Assembly (NCBI GenBank): GCA_016845445.1
Contig: JAERSU010000257.1
Location: 2,873-66,872, forward strand
Origin: Oceanospirillaceae bacterium
GTDB lineage: Bacteria > Pseudomonadota > Gammaproteobacteria > Pseudomonadales > Balneatricaceae
Reading direction: 5' to 3'
Length of the DNA: 64,000 nucleotides
Below are positions 10,783-21,077 of the stretch, in pieces. The number at the start of each line of letters is the position of its first letter. Within the stretch, counting starts at the first letter, position 1. A program made the translations under genes and the position numbers. The notes beneath the pieces were generated by a model that had not been told where the DNA came from, did not search any database, and saw nothing but the letters and a program-made list of their open reading frames with translations.

Positions 10783-11688
10783 ATGGCTAAAGACCTAATG
10801 CGCGGATTTCTATTTAAGGATATGGATATCCGGGGCGTGCATATTCGCTTGGATAACAGTGTGCAGGCGCTATTGCAGCAATATGATTACCCGCCGGCAG
10901 TGGCGGACATGTTAGCGCAGATGTTTATTGCTAGCGCTTTGTTGAGTGCCAATCTAAAGTTGCAAGGGCGTTTAAGCGTGCAAGTAAGGGGCGATGGCCC
11001 ATTGGAATACGCCATGGCGGAATGCCGAGTGGAAAATCCAGGCACCTTGGAACCCCTGTATTTAAAGGGTCTAGCGCGCCATACCGAACAGGTGGCTGAA
11101 GGTTTGGGCTTGCATGCGTTGCTAGGTAAAGGCCAGTTGCTAATTACCATCGAACCAGACCAAGGCCAAAGGTACCAAGGTATCGTTGCCTTGGAGCATG
11201 ACACCCTGGCTGGCTGCCTAGAAGGCTACTTTTATCAGTCTGAACAGCTACCAACCCAGCTGCATTTGGATGTTGATGAAAAAAAATCAGCTGGATTTAT
11301 GGTGCAGCGTTTGCCTGCTGAAGAGCGCAATGAAGCGCAATCGGATGCCGATTGGGAGCTGGTTGATGCCCTAGTTGATACCTTGACTACAAAAGAATTA
11401 TTGGACCTGCCAGCAGAGCAAATTCTGCACCGATTATTTCATGAACATGACCTGCAATTGTTTGCCGAACGACCCGTTGAATACCGTTGTGATTGCAGCC
11501 GTGAACGCAGTGCGCGGGCCATTGTTTCTTTGGGTAAACAAGAACTTGAGTCCATTCTTGAAGAACAAGATGTGCTGGTTATCGACTGCCAATTTTGTCA
11601 TGCTCAGTACGAGTTTGACCGCGTAGATTGCCACCATCTATTGGCGTCATCTGGCACTACAGATGGACAGCAAAAGCGTATGCATTAG
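10783..11688 (+). CDS. hslO: Hsp33 redox-regulated chaperone
   Basis: YQGIV, YFYQSEQLPT, Zn-binding CDCS...CQFC. Confidence 0.95.
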   Translation: MAKDLMRGFLFKDMDIRGVHIRLDNSVQALLQQYDYPPAVADMLAQMFIASALLSANLKLQGRLSVQVRGDGPLEYAMAECRVENPGTLEPLYLKGLARHTEQVAEGLGLHALLGKGQLLITIEPDQGQRYQGIVALEHDTLAGCLEGYFYQSEQLPTQLHLDVDEKKSAGFMVQRLPAEERNEAQSDADWELVDALVDTLTTKELLDLPAEQILHRLFHEHDLQLFAERPVEYRCDCSRERSARAIVSLGKQELESILEEQDVLVIDCQFCHAQYEFDRVDCHHLLASSGTTDGQQKRMH

Positions 11689-11726
11689 GTAGTTTTTTTA
11701 CAACAATTTAACTAATGTATACATTA
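11688..11726. promoter_or_regulatory. HexR-like operator and adjacent perfect palindrome upstream of pckA
   Basis: GGTAGTTTTTTTACAACA (11688-11705) resembles HexR-type palindromes; TAATGTATACATTA (11713-11726) is a perfect 14-bp palindrome. Confidence 0.45.
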
Positions 11727-12005
11727 ATTTATTGCTAAAAACCCAGTAAAATCAAGCCTTTGCGGCGAGTTATAAGCCAGATAAATGGTCTTTATGGCTC
11801 GCTTTTTGATATCCTCTTTGGTATAGTAGCGCCACGTTTTTAGGAGGAGCAGAACAACATCAAATTCTGTCTCCAACACAATAATCCTGACAAACGCTTT
11901 TTAGATATTGGCCTTATTTGATACCCAGATAAGTAACCTAGTCATAGACGTTCTCAATGACCGATCCACAACATCGCGTCCTTGATAAAGCAAAGGTACT
12001 CTTAC

Positions 12006-13559
12006 ATGAACGCAGCTGCAAAAGCCCCCACAACCTTCATGCAATTGTCTCCAGCCGAATTAGTACAAAAAGCCGTTGAAAACGGTGAAGGTACTCTGGC
12101 AGACACTGGCGCCCTTAACGTAATCACTGGCGCCCGCACTGGCCGTTCCCCTGCGGACCGTTTTGTGGTTCAAGATGCCAACACGCAAGACAGTGTTGAA
12201 TGGGGTGCCGTTAACCGTCCGGTTTCTGCAGAGGTATTTGACGCGCTATGGGCTCGTGTAGAAGACTATTTGGCCGGTCATGACAAGTACGTTGCTAACG
12301 TTCACGTAGGTTCTGATGCTAATCATTATATTCCTGTACGTATGACTACTCAGACTGCCTGGCAAAACCTGTTTGGTCAGAACCTGTTTATCGTTCCTGC
12401 CGCTGCTGACTACAACCCAGCTGCCAAAGGCGAATGGCAGATCCTCAACGTTGCCGGTTTCGAATGTGTGCCTGAGCGTGACGGTACTAACAGCGACGGT
12501 ACTGTGATGATCAACTTTACCGACAAGAAGGTGCTGCTGGCCGGTATGCGTTACGCTGGCGAGATGAAGAAGGCCATGTTTGGGGTGCAGAACTTCTTGT
12601 TGCCAGAAGCCGATGTATTGCCTATGCACTGTTCCGCTAACGTGGGCGAAGAAGGCGATGTGACCTTGTTCTTCGGCCTGTCCGGTACCGGTAAAACCAC
12701 CCTGTCTGCTGACCCAAGCCGTTACCTGATCGGTGACGACGAACACGGTTGGGGCAAGGACGTGGTATTTAACCTTGAAGGTGGTTGCTACGCCAAGACC
12801 ATCGACCTGAGCCAGAAGAATGAACCTATCATTTGGGACGCCATTCGTTTCGGTGCCATCGTAGAAAACGTTTACCTAGACGAAAACCGTAAGGCTGACT
12901 ACTACAACACTTCCATCACCGAGAATGGTCGTTGTGCCTACCCGCTGGAGCACGTTGAAAAGCGTACCGAGGCTAACCTAGCAGGTGAGCCTGGCGCCAT
13001 CATCTTCCTTACCTGTGACCTGACTGGCGTGCTGCCTCCGGTGTCCATCTTGTCTAAGGAAGCCGCTGCTTATCACTTCCTAAGCGGCTACACAGCACTA
13101 GTTGGTTCTACCGAAATGGGTTCCAGTGCGGCAATCAAGTCTACCTTCTCTACTTGTTTTGGTGCACCCTTCTTCCCGCGTCCAGCTGGCGTCTACGCTG
13201 AATTGCTGATGAAGCGTGTGGAAGAGTTCGGTTCTAAGGTATACCTGGTTAACACCGGTTGGACTGGTGGTGCTTACGGCACGGGTTCTCGCTTTAGCAT
13301 TCCAACCACCCGAGGCATCATTGCTGCTATCCAGAATGGCAACATTGAAAAGGCCGAGACCGTACACCTAGACGGCATTAACGTTGACATCCCTGTATCC
13401 GTTGACGGTGTTGATGATGCCCTATTGAACCCTCGTAACACCTGGGCTGACAAGGATGCCTACGACGCTGAAGCGGCGGCCTTGATTGCCAAGTTTAACG
13501 AAAACTTCAAGCGTTTCGACGTATCTGAAGCCATCGTTGAAGCGGGTCCACAAGCTTAA
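12006..13559 (+). CDS. pckA: Phosphoenolpyruvate carboxykinase (ATP)
   Basis: [47 protein letters not shown]; start at ATG 12006 likely. Confidence 0.98.
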   Translation: MNAAAKAPTTFMQLSPAELVQKAVENGEGTLADTGALNVITGARTGRSPADRFVVQDANTQDSVEWGAVNRPVSAEVFDALWARVEDYLAGHDKYVANVHVGSDANHYIPVRMTTQTAWQNLFGQNLFIVPAAADYNPAAKGEWQILNVAGFECVPERDGTNSDGTVMINFTDKKVLLAGMRYAGEMKKAMFGVQNFLLPEADVLPMHCSANVGEEGDVTLFFGLSGTGKTTLSADPSRYLIGDDEHGWGKDVVFNLEGGCYAKTIDLSQKNEPIIWDAIRFGAIVENVYLDENRKADYYNTSITENGRCAYPLEHVEKRTEANLAGEPGAIIFLTCDLTGVLPPVSILSKEAAAYHFLSGYTALVGSTEMGSSAAIKSTFSTCFGAPFFPRPAGVYAELLMKRVEEFGSKVYLVNTGWTGGAYGTGSRFSIPTTRGIIAAIQNGNIEKAETVHLDGINVDIPVSVDGVDDALLNPRNTWADKDAYDAEAAALIAKFNENFKRFDVSEAIVEAGPQA

Positions 13560-13579
13560 TTAGCTATAATAGCTTACTG

Positions 13580-13606
13580 AAAAGGCTCCTAAGGGAGCCT
13601 TTTTTT
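13580..13606 (+). terminator. Intrinsic terminator after pckA
   Basis: AAAAGGCTCC-TAAG-GGAGCCTTTTTTT. Confidence 0.9.
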
Positions 13607-13711
13607 GTGCCTGCAAATTAGCCAAATACTGAATATAGTAAGCATTCCATGTATATCGGATCATGGGTATGCTTAGATGGTTTCGCTCAAGTCCCAAGAT
13701 GGCAGGTAAAT

Positions 13712-14758
13712 ATGTTTGATCAACGCACTATGCAACTCCCTATTCGACTCCCTATCGTGCAGTCTCCTATGGCCGGTGTGCAAGATGCAGATCTGGCCTT
13801 AGCCGTATCGGCTGCCGGTGGTTTAGGCTCCATACCGGCAGCGATGATGTCGGCTGGGCAGTTGGCTGATAATATGGCGCGCATGCAGGCATCGGGCCTT
13901 GCCTATAATGTGAATTTTTTCTGTCATCAGCCACCTAAGGTGAAGCTTGACGCCTTAGAGGCGTGGCACAAACGCTTAAGCCCGTGGCTCGATAAGTATG
14001 ACTTGGCTAGCAAGAACATTCCTTTAGAGCCTAGTAGACAGCCCTTTAGTGCTGCCAACGCCGATCTGTTGGCACAGTTTAAGCCACCGGTGGTGAGCTT
14101 TCATTTTGGTTTGCCTGCTGCCGATCTGGTAGCTCGCATTAAGGGCTGGGGTGGCTTGGTTATGTCGTCTGCCACCACCCTTGAGGAGGCCGAATGGTTG
14201 GCGGACAAGGGCGCTGATGTTGTCATAGCCCAGGGTATTGAAGCTGGAGGTCATCGTGGCATCTTTTTAACGGCTGATCTTGCCACGCAATTGCCGACCA
14301 TGGAGTTGCTGCAGGCCTGTGTCGCTAATTTAGAGGTGCCGATCATTGCCGCTGGCGGCATAGGTACGCAAGCACAGGTGCAAGCCTGTCTAGATGCTGG
14401 TGCCGCAGCGGTGCAGGTGGGTACGACCTTCTTGCTGTGTGATGAAGCCGCTACCAACGCCTTCCATCGCCGCGCCTTGCAAAGTGAAGGTGCCAATAAA
14501 ACTCACCTCACTAATGTGTTTTCCGGAAGGCCAGCACGCAGTATGGAAAATGTCGCCGTGACTGAGATAGGTCCGTGGAGTGATGTGGTACCGAGTTTTC
14601 CCTTAGCTGGCAATGCCATGGGGCTGTTGCGCAAGGCAGCAGAAGCCGTGGGCAAAGATGATTTTACGCCCTTGTGGTCAGGCACCAATAATCGAGCTTG
14701 TGATACTATTCCAGCAGCCCAGATGGTACGCCGCTTGGCCGGCGTTGAGGACAAATAA
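13712..14758 (+). CDS. Nitronate monooxygenase family flavoprotein
   Basis: PIVQSPMAG, VVSFHFGLP, AQGIEAGGHRG, IIAAGGI, TNVFSGRPAR; start uncertain. Confidence 0.9.
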   Translation: MFDQRTMQLPIRLPIVQSPMAGVQDADLALAVSAAGGLGSIPAAMMSAGQLADNMARMQASGLAYNVNFFCHQPPKVKLDALEAWHKRLSPWLDKYDLASKNIPLEPSRQPFSAANADLLAQFKPPVVSFHFGLPAADLVARIKGWGGLVMSSATTLEEAEWLADKGADVVIAQGIEAGGHRGIFLTADLATQLPTMELLQACVANLEVPIIAAGGIGTQAQVQACLDAGAAAVQVGTTFLLCDEAATNAFHRRALQSEGANKTHLTNVFSGRPARSMENVAVTEIGPWSDVVPSFPLAGNAMGLLRKAAEAVGKDDFTPLWSGTNNRACDTIPAAQMVRRLAGVEDK

Positions 14759-14770
14759 GAGGTTAACAAC

Positions 14771-15475
14771 ATGGCTGCAGATAGTATCGTTAAGGCGTTA
14801 CAGGCTTTAGGGAACAGTGAAATCGCCAGCCATTCACAGCGGTTTTTTAAAACTGCTAAAGGGGAATATGGCGAGGGTGATATCTTTCTCGGCATTCGTG
14901 TGCCCGTGGTGCGGCAGCAGGCTCGTAAGTATAAACATGAGCCTTTAGCAACGGTCATTGAACTGTTACACAGTCAGTACCATGAGGTACGCCTGTTAGC
15001 CCTGGTGATGCTGGTGCAGCAATTTCAGCGCGGTGATGAAGGCCAGCAGCGCGTCATTGTTGATGCCTACCTAGCCAATACTGCCTTCATCAACAACTGG
15101 GACCTTGTGGATACCTCTGCCCACAAGATTGTGGGTGCTTATCTAGTCGACCAGCCGCGAGATCTACTCTATGATTTGGCTCAGTCCGAACTCTTGTGGG
15201 AGCGACGCATCGCCATTATTGCTACCTTTTGGTTTATCAAAGATGGCGATATAAACGACGCCTTAGCTCTGGCCAAGATGCTGCTACAGGATGAACATGA
15301 TCTGCTGCACAAGGCCGTTGGTTGGGTGCTGCGAGAGGTAGGCAAAAAAGACCTGCCAACCATGGAAGCCTTTCTGCTACAGCATTATGCCCACATGCCG
15401 CGTACCATGTTGCGTTATGCGATTGAGAAGTTGCCCGAAGATCGTCGTCAGGATTATTTGCAGGGCAGACTTTAA
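14771..15475 (+). CDS. AlkD-like DNA alkylation repair protein
   Basis: FFKTAKGEYGEGD.FLGIRVP, INNWDLVD, LWERR, KAVGWVLREVGK, MPRTMLRYAIE. Confidence 0.88.
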   Translation: MAADSIVKALQALGNSEIASHSQRFFKTAKGEYGEGDIFLGIRVPVVRQQARKYKHEPLATVIELLHSQYHEVRLLALVMLVQQFQRGDEGQQRVIVDAYLANTAFINNWDLVDTSAHKIVGAYLVDQPRDLLYDLAQSELLWERRIAIIATFWFIKDGDINDALALAKMLLQDEHDLLHKAVGWVLREVGKKDLPTMEAFLLQHYAHMPRTMLRYAIEKLPEDRRQDYLQGRL

Positions 15476-15532
15476 GTTCCTAACTATGCCCATATATTCA
15501 ACTGCTAAGGCGAACATAATCAGGGACATAGC

Positions 15533-17824
15533 ATGATTCACGCACAAATTGCCCAACAGCTGGCCGTGCAAGTTTGGCAGGTAGAAGCGGCCATAAAGCT
15601 GTTGGATGAAGGGGCCACTGTACCCTTTATAGCGCGCTATCGTAAAGAGGTGACGGGCACCCTGGATGATACCCAATTGCGTACCCTAGAAGAGCGATTG
15701 AGCTATTTGCGTGAATTGGATGACCGCCGTGTTAGCGTGCTAAAGAGCATTGAGGAGCAGGGCAAGTTAACCCCAGAATTAGCCGCTGCCATTAATGCGG
15801 CGGATAACAAAACCCGTTTGGAAGACCTGTACCTTCCCTATAAGCCTAAGCGCCGCACCAAGGCGCAAATCGCCATTGAAGCGGGTTTGCAGCCCCTGGC
15901 GGAGGCCCTGTTGGCTAATCCTGACTTAGATCCTGCCGACGAAGCTGAGCAATACCTCAATGCTGAGGCCCAAATTAATACCGGCAAAGACGCCTTGGAT
16001 GGCGCCAAGCAGATTCTTATGGAGCGCTTTAGCCAGGCTGCGGACCTGTTAGAAGAACTACGCCAAAGATCGTGGCAGCAGGCTAGGTGGCAGGTTTCGG
16101 TATTGGCGGGGAAAGAGCAAGAAGGGGCGAAGTTTCAAGATTATTTTGCCTTTGAAGAACTGTTTAAAACCCTGCCATCCCACCGTGCCCTAGCTATCCT
16201 GCGGGGCCGCAATGAAGGTATTTTGCTGGCCCAAATTGTCTGGTCCGATGAGGGCCATGAACCCTATGAGAAGCGCGTTGCCAGCTATTGGCAGATTGCT
16301 GATCTAGGCCGTCCAGGAGATAAGTGGTTGCAAGAAGTGGTTACCTGGACCTGGCGTATTAAGTTGGCAAGTCAGCTAGAGACAGCCCTAGTCAGTCGCT
16401 TACGCGAAGGGGCTGAAGATGCGGCCATCAAGGTGTTTGCCGACAACCTTAAAGACCTGTTGTTAGCCGCACCTGCCGGTAGCAAGGTGACCTTGGGTTT
16501 GGACCCGGGCCTGCGCACTGGCGTGAAGGCGGTGGTGGTGGATGCCACGGGTAAGCTATTGGCCTATGATACCATCTTCCCCCATGTGCCAAAAAACCAA
16601 TGGCAGCAATCGTTGGCGTTGTTGGCTAGGTGGGTGAAGCAATATGCCGTTGAACTGGTGGCCATTGGTAATGGCACGGCATCGCGCGAAACAGATCGAT
16701 TAGTGAAGGAGCTGCAAAGCCTTGTTGGTGCAGCTGCACCACAACGCATCATCGTCAGTGAGGCAGGTGCATCGGTTTATTCTGCGTCGCCTCAAGCAGC
16801 GGCAGAATTCCCCGATTTGGATGTTAGCTACCGTGGCGCCGTGTCTATTGCTAGGCGCTTGCAGGATCCGCTTGCAGAATTGGTTAAAATTGACCCCAAA
16901 GCCATTGGTGTGGGGCAGTATCAACATGATGTTTCACAGGTACAGCTGTCACGGCGTTTGGATAACGTGGTGGAAGACTGCGTTAACAGCGTCGGTGTGG
17001 ATATCAATACGGCGTCGGCGCCCCTGCTGCAACATGTTGCTGGTTTAAACAAAAGCTTGGCCGAAAACATTGTTTTTCATCGTGATCTGCACGGTGCCTT
17101 TAACAACCGCCAGCAGTTGCTGGAAGTGTCACGCCTAGGTGCCAAGGCTTTTGAGCAGGCGGCCGGCTTTTTGCGTATCCGCAATGGTGACAATCCCATA
17201 GATGGCACCGCCGTTCACCCAGAGGCTTATGGTGTGGTTGATGCCATGGCAGCTAGCTTAAACTTAGAGGTTGGTGAGCTGCTTGGCCACGCCCAGCTCA
17301 CCCGCTTGCGGCCCAGCCAGTTCACCCATGAACATGCCGGTGAGCAAACCATTAAAGATGTGTTGATTGAACTGCAGAAACCTGGTCGTGATCCACGCCC
17401 CGAATTTCGCATGGCCAAGCTAGCGGATGGTATCGAAGACATTAAAGACCTGGTGGTTGGCAGTATCATGGAAGGCACCGTTAGCAATGTGACCAATTTT
17501 GGTGTCTTTATTGATCTAGGTGTGCATCAAGACGGCCTGGTGCACATATCGGCCATGTCTCACCAGTTTGTCAAAGACCCGCGTAGCCTGGTAAAGGCAG
17601 GTGACATTGTCAAAGTGAAAGTCATGGAAGTCGATGTGAAGCGCAAGCGTATTGGCTTGTCCATGCGTCTCGATGACGAACCGGGTGCCCAGGACAAAGC
17701 TAGCAAGCCTGCCGCCCGTGGCCGCCACGATCAACCTCGTCAGCAGCAACAGAAGAGCAAACAGCAGGCCGCGCCCATGGGTAGCTTGGCTGCTAAACTG
17801 CAAGCTGCGGGAATAAAACGTTAA
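15533..17824 (+). CDS. tex: Tex family transcription accessory protein with S1 domain
   Basis: LLDEGATVPFIARYRKE, LEDLYLPYKPKRRTKA, GLDPGLRTG, C-terminal S1. Confidence 0.96.
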   Translation: MIHAQIAQQLAVQVWQVEAAIKLLDEGATVPFIARYRKEVTGTLDDTQLRTLEERLSYLRELDDRRVSVLKSIEEQGKLTPELAAAINAADNKTRLEDLYLPYKPKRRTKAQIAIEAGLQPLAEALLANPDLDPADEAEQYLNAEAQINTGKDALDGAKQILMERFSQAADLLEELRQRSWQQARWQVSVLAGKEQEGAKFQDYFAFEELFKTLPSHRALAILRGRNEGILLAQIVWSDEGHEPYEKRVASYWQIADLGRPGDKWLQEVVTWTWRIKLASQLETALVSRLREGAEDAAIKVFADNLKDLLLAAPAGSKVTLGLDPGLRTGVKAVVVDATGKLLAYDTIFPHVPKNQWQQSLALLARWVKQYAVELVAIGNGTASRETDRLVKELQSLVGAAAPQRIIVSEAGASVYSASPQAAAEFPDLDVSYRGAVSIARRLQDPLAELVKIDPKAIGVGQYQHDVSQVQLSRRLDNVVEDCVNSVGVDINTASAPLLQHVAGLNKSLAENIVFHRDLHGAFNNRQQLLEVSRLGAKAFEQAAGFLRIRNGDNPIDGTAVHPEAYGVVDAMAASLNLEVGELLGHAQLTRLRPSQFTHEHAGEQTIKDVLIELQKPGRDPRPEFRMAKLADGIEDIKDLVVGSIMEGTVSNVTNFGVFIDLGVHQDGLVHISAMSHQFVKDPRSLVKAGDIVKVKVMEVDVKRKRIGLSMRLDDEPGAQDKASKPAARGRHDQPRQQQQKSKQQAAPMGSLAAKLQAAGIKR

Positions 17825-17913
17825 TAAGTAGGTCGCATTTAGCCTGTCTTTTTCAATGACGCAGGGGTATGCTGTGGTTTCATTCAAGCAGCCCCTATGG
17901 GAGTAATAACGCT

Positions 17914-19476
17914 TTGACTAAAAGCTTTGCTGATACCCTTGAAAGTATCCAGGGAACACCGGTAGCCGTTGCCTTACAACAGCTGCAGTGTGGTATAGAA
18001 AAGGAAGGCCTGCGAGTCGATACTGCCGGCCGTATTGCCCAGACAGACCATCCGCGCACCCTAGGATCGGCATTAACACATGGCAGTATCACCACAGACT
18101 ATTCCGAAGCCCTGCTGGAATTTATTACGCCGGTATTTGATGAACCAGAAGAAGCGATGCAATACATGCAGCGTTTGCATAGTTTCAATGCCCACGCACT
18201 GGATGCCCAGCAAGAATACCTATGGCCAGGTAGTATGCCTTGTCAGTTGGCTGGCGAAGAAGATATTCGTATTGGCGAATATGGTAGTTCTAATACCGGT
18301 AAACTGAAGCATATTTACCGAGTTGGCTTGGCTTGGCGTTATGGCAAGATCATGCAATGTATAGCGGGTATGCATTACAACTTCTCGCCTAAAGAAGAAT
18401 TTTGGTCAGCCTATCGAGCGCATTTGGGAGACACAGGTTGTCCGAAAGATTTTCATTCTCAGCACTATTTTAGCCTGATTCGCAATTTCCGTCGTCATTC
18501 CTGGCTGTTGTTGTACCTGTTTGGCGCCTCTCCGGCTTTGGATGCTAGCTTTGTCGCCGGGCGCGACGTGGGTTTGCAAACCGATAGCGACGGCAGCCTG
18601 ATTGGGCCTTATGCCACCTCTTTGCGCATGAGTGACCTAGGCTATAGTAACAAGGTACAGTCGGTACTGAATGTTTGCTTTAATGATCTTGATAACTATG
18701 CCAAGTCTTTAGAACATGCCATTTCCACGCCCCTTGAACAGTACGAACAAATTGGCGTCAAGGTGGAGGGTGAATACCGACAACTGAATGCCAATCTGCT
18801 GCAGATCGAAAATGAGTATTACAGTGATATTCGTCCGAAGCGCGTGGCGCGTTCTGGGCAAAAGCCCGTGCATGCCTTGTTTGAAGGTGGGGTGGAGTAT
18901 GTGGAAGTACGCAACCTTGACTTAAACCCACTACTACCTATAGGTATGGATGCCGAGCAGGCTCACTTTGTGAATCTGTTCCTGGTTTGGTGTCTGTTAA
19001 AAGACAGCCCTAACATTAGTGACGATGAGTGTGGCTGGATTAGCGAGAACCACGCCAAGGTGGTGCGCGAGGGACGTAAGCCTGGTTTGCAACTGGTGCG
19101 TGAATCCGGCCTGGTAACCTTGCCTGAATGGGGCTCGGAGCTGTTGGCTGAAATGACCTTAATGGCTGATATGATGCCGAATTCACAGGCCTGTAAAGCT
19201 GCCCTTGCCACCATGCAGCAGCGTTTGGACGATGCTAGCCAAACTCCCTCTGCCCAGTTGTTGGCTGCCATGCAGGCTAAGGGCCTTTCCTATCAACAGC
19301 TGATTATGCAGCTGGCTCAACAGCATCAACAGACCCATTTGGATACCGCCATTGGCGGCGAAACCCTGTTGCAAATGCAGGCCCATGCACGCCAGTCTTT
19401 GCTTGACCAAGAGCACTTGGAAGCAGCCCAGACAGAAAATTTTGATGATTTTCTGGCAGCCTATCTGGCTCAGTAA
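17914..19476 (+). CDS. gshA: Glutamate--cysteine ligase
   Basis: GIEKEGLRV, ITTDYSEALLEFITP, ATSLRMSDLGY, LQIENEYYS; TTG start at 17914 after GGGAG. Confidence 0.95.
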   Translation: MTKSFADTLESIQGTPVAVALQQLQCGIEKEGLRVDTAGRIAQTDHPRTLGSALTHGSITTDYSEALLEFITPVFDEPEEAMQYMQRLHSFNAHALDAQQEYLWPGSMPCQLAGEEDIRIGEYGSSNTGKLKHIYRVGLAWRYGKIMQCIAGMHYNFSPKEEFWSAYRAHLGDTGCPKDFHSQHYFSLIRNFRRHSWLLLYLFGASPALDASFVAGRDVGLQTDSDGSLIGPYATSLRMSDLGYSNKVQSVLNVCFNDLDNYAKSLEHAISTPLEQYEQIGVKVEGEYRQLNANLLQIENEYYSDIRPKRVARSGQKPVHALFEGGVEYVEVRNLDLNPLLPIGMDAEQAHFVNLFLVWCLLKDSPNISDDECGWISENHAKVVREGRKPGLQLVRESGLVTLPEWGSELLAEMTLMADMMPNSQACKAALATMQQRLDDASQTPSAQLLAAMQAKGLSYQQLIMQLAQQHQQTHLDTAIGGETLLQMQAHARQSLLDQEHLEAAQTENFDDFLAAYLAQ

Positions 19477-19477
19477 C

Positions 19478-19490
19478 GGGGTCTGACCCC
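19478..19490. repeat. Single REP-like unit GGGGTCTGACCCC between convergent genes
   Basis: Perfect unit 1 bp after gshA stop, preceded by CAGTAAC as at 5759-5765. Confidence 0.8.
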
Positions 19491-19503
19491 CTGCCTAGAA
19501 GCA

Positions 19504-20421
19504 TCAGAAAAATATAAAGCCACAGCCTGCAACCACGGCAAAGCTGCCCAGCCAAGCATAACGGTTGGGGCGGCTGCCGGTGACTAGCCAGAGTATCGGC
19601 AGTATCAATATAGGCGAGGTTGCTGACAAGGTGGTAACCAGGCCAACTTCACCATGCTTGATGGCATAAACGAGCAAGGTCATACCAATCACCAGGCCAA
19701 AGTTGGCGCTGATAAAAGAGCGTATCCCCCAATGCCAGCTCATGGGCTGTCTAGCCTTACCCCATTGCATGGGCAGGGCACGCATCATCCACATGCATGC
19801 TGCGGCAAACCCCACCCGTACCGCTGAGGCGGCAATGGGGTCGGCGCCGTCGAGTAGCACCGGTTTGGCCAGGATGGCGCCACCCGCTTGGCAGGTGGCA
19901 GCCAGTAAACCCATGCTCACGCCAAACCAAAGTTTACCGGTGACTTTTTCTGTGCGGTGCTCACCAGCGGGGCCTGCTGGACGTTTGCCCCACCAGATAG
20001 CGATCATGACCCCAGCCAGTACTAGCGCACAGCCAATCAAGGTGCTGATGGACATGGTTTCCCCTAGCCAGATAAATCCCATACCGGCGGCAATGGGGGC
20101 ATTGGTGGAAAACAATATGGCGTTGCGACGTGGGCCAATACGCCCTAGGGCCTGCATGAGGGCCGTATCACCAATGAAGATACCGATAAAACCAGACAGT
20201 ACCAAGAGGCTAAGACCGTCTAATTTGAGGCTGGACCATAGGCCCAATAGGCTAGTTAGTAAGATCAGCACAAGAGCGGCTGTGGTAATGCGATAACGAT
20301 TGGTGGCGGTGGCGCCAAAGTGATGCACAATGGGCTGCGTAATTAAACCGGTAAAGGCCCACATGGTGGCGGCAGCAAGGGCGGCTAGCTCGGCAAGGGG
20401 CAGGTGATTGAGTTCAATCAT
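19504..20421 (-). CDS. DMT/EamA family transporter
   Basis: 10 hydrophobic segments, two EamA repeats, SGFIGIFIGD, IGPRR. Confidence 0.88.
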   Translation of the reverse strand: MIELNHLPLAELAALAAATMWAFTGLITQPIVHHFGATATNRYRITTAALVLILLTSLLGLWSSLKLDGLSLLVLSGFIGIFIGDTALMQALGRIGPRRNAILFSTNAPIAAGMGFIWLGETMSISTLIGCALVLAGVMIAIWWGKRPAGPAGEHRTEKVTGKLWFGVSMGLLAATCQAGGAILAKPVLLDGADPIAASAVRVGFAAACMWMMRALPMQWGKARQPMSWHWGIRSFISANFGLVIGMTLLVYAIKHGEVGLVTTLSATSPILILPILWLVTGSRPNRYAWLGSFAVVAGCGFIFF

Positions 20422-20615
20422 GGGGCAGCATCAACTCTGATATGGGGGTCGGGCTCAGCGTGCCCAGTGAGCGACGCCAACGCTGTGGGCTTTGGTCGAC
20501 AGCCAGACCTTAAGCCCGGCTCAATACTATCAGCTTATCAACATTAAGGGTTAGCCCTGTTTCATCACAAAAGCTATAATGGGGGCAGATCCTATGTTGT
20601 TGCTTGAGTATCCCT

Positions 20616-21077
20616 ATGTATTGCCCGTTTTGTTCTCATCAAGAAACCAAAGTTATTGATTCGCGTTTAGTGGCAGAAGGCGAGCAAATTCGTCGCCGGC
20701 GTGAATGCTTGGAATGCAGTGAACGCTTCACCACCTTTGAGGTGGCAGAACTCTTGATGCCCAAGGTCATTAAACAGGACGGTTCGCGTCAGCCATTTGA
20801 TGAAGACAAGCTGCGCGCCGGCATTTTACGTTCCTTGGAAAAGCGCCCCGTAAGTGTGGAAGACATTGAGTCTGCTATTCAGCGTATCAAGCATAAATTG
20901 AGGGCCTGTGGTGAGCGTGAAGTTCCCACAGAAAAGGTTGGTGAAGAGGTGATGCGTAATCTGCGGCAGTTGGATGAAGTGGCCTATGTGCGTTTTGCTT
21001 CTGTGTATCGTAGTTTTAAAGACCTGAATGAATTCCGTGCCGAAATTGAACGCTTGGAGCAGGAACATCGTGATTGA
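20616..21077 (+). CDS. nrdR: Transcriptional repressor NrdR
   Basis: [27 protein letters not shown] cone, [10 protein letters not shown]. Confidence 0.97.
   Translation: MYCPFCSHQETKVIDSRLVAEGEQIRRRRECLECSERFTTFEVAELLMPKVIKQDGSRQPFDEDKLRAGILRSLEKRPVSVEDIESAIQRIKHKLRACGEREVPTEKVGEEVMRNLRQLDEVAYVRFASVYRSFKDLNEFRAEIERLEQEHRD

Noticed and set aside
13639-13677. Imperfect hairpin TAAGCAT-TCCATG...CATGGG-T-ATGCTTA upstream of nitronate monooxygenase
   Set aside because: Single imperfect stem with no recognisable motif; insufficient support.
19703-20296. Long antisense ORFs (also 12246-12746, 26504-26974, 31784-32269, 49456-49869 and others)
   Set aside because: They shadow well-supported genes on the opposite strand and have no recognisable motifs.
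20581-20593. GGGGGCAGATCCT as a decayed repeat unit before nrdR
   Set aside because: Three mismatches to the core and no conserved flanks; could be chance.
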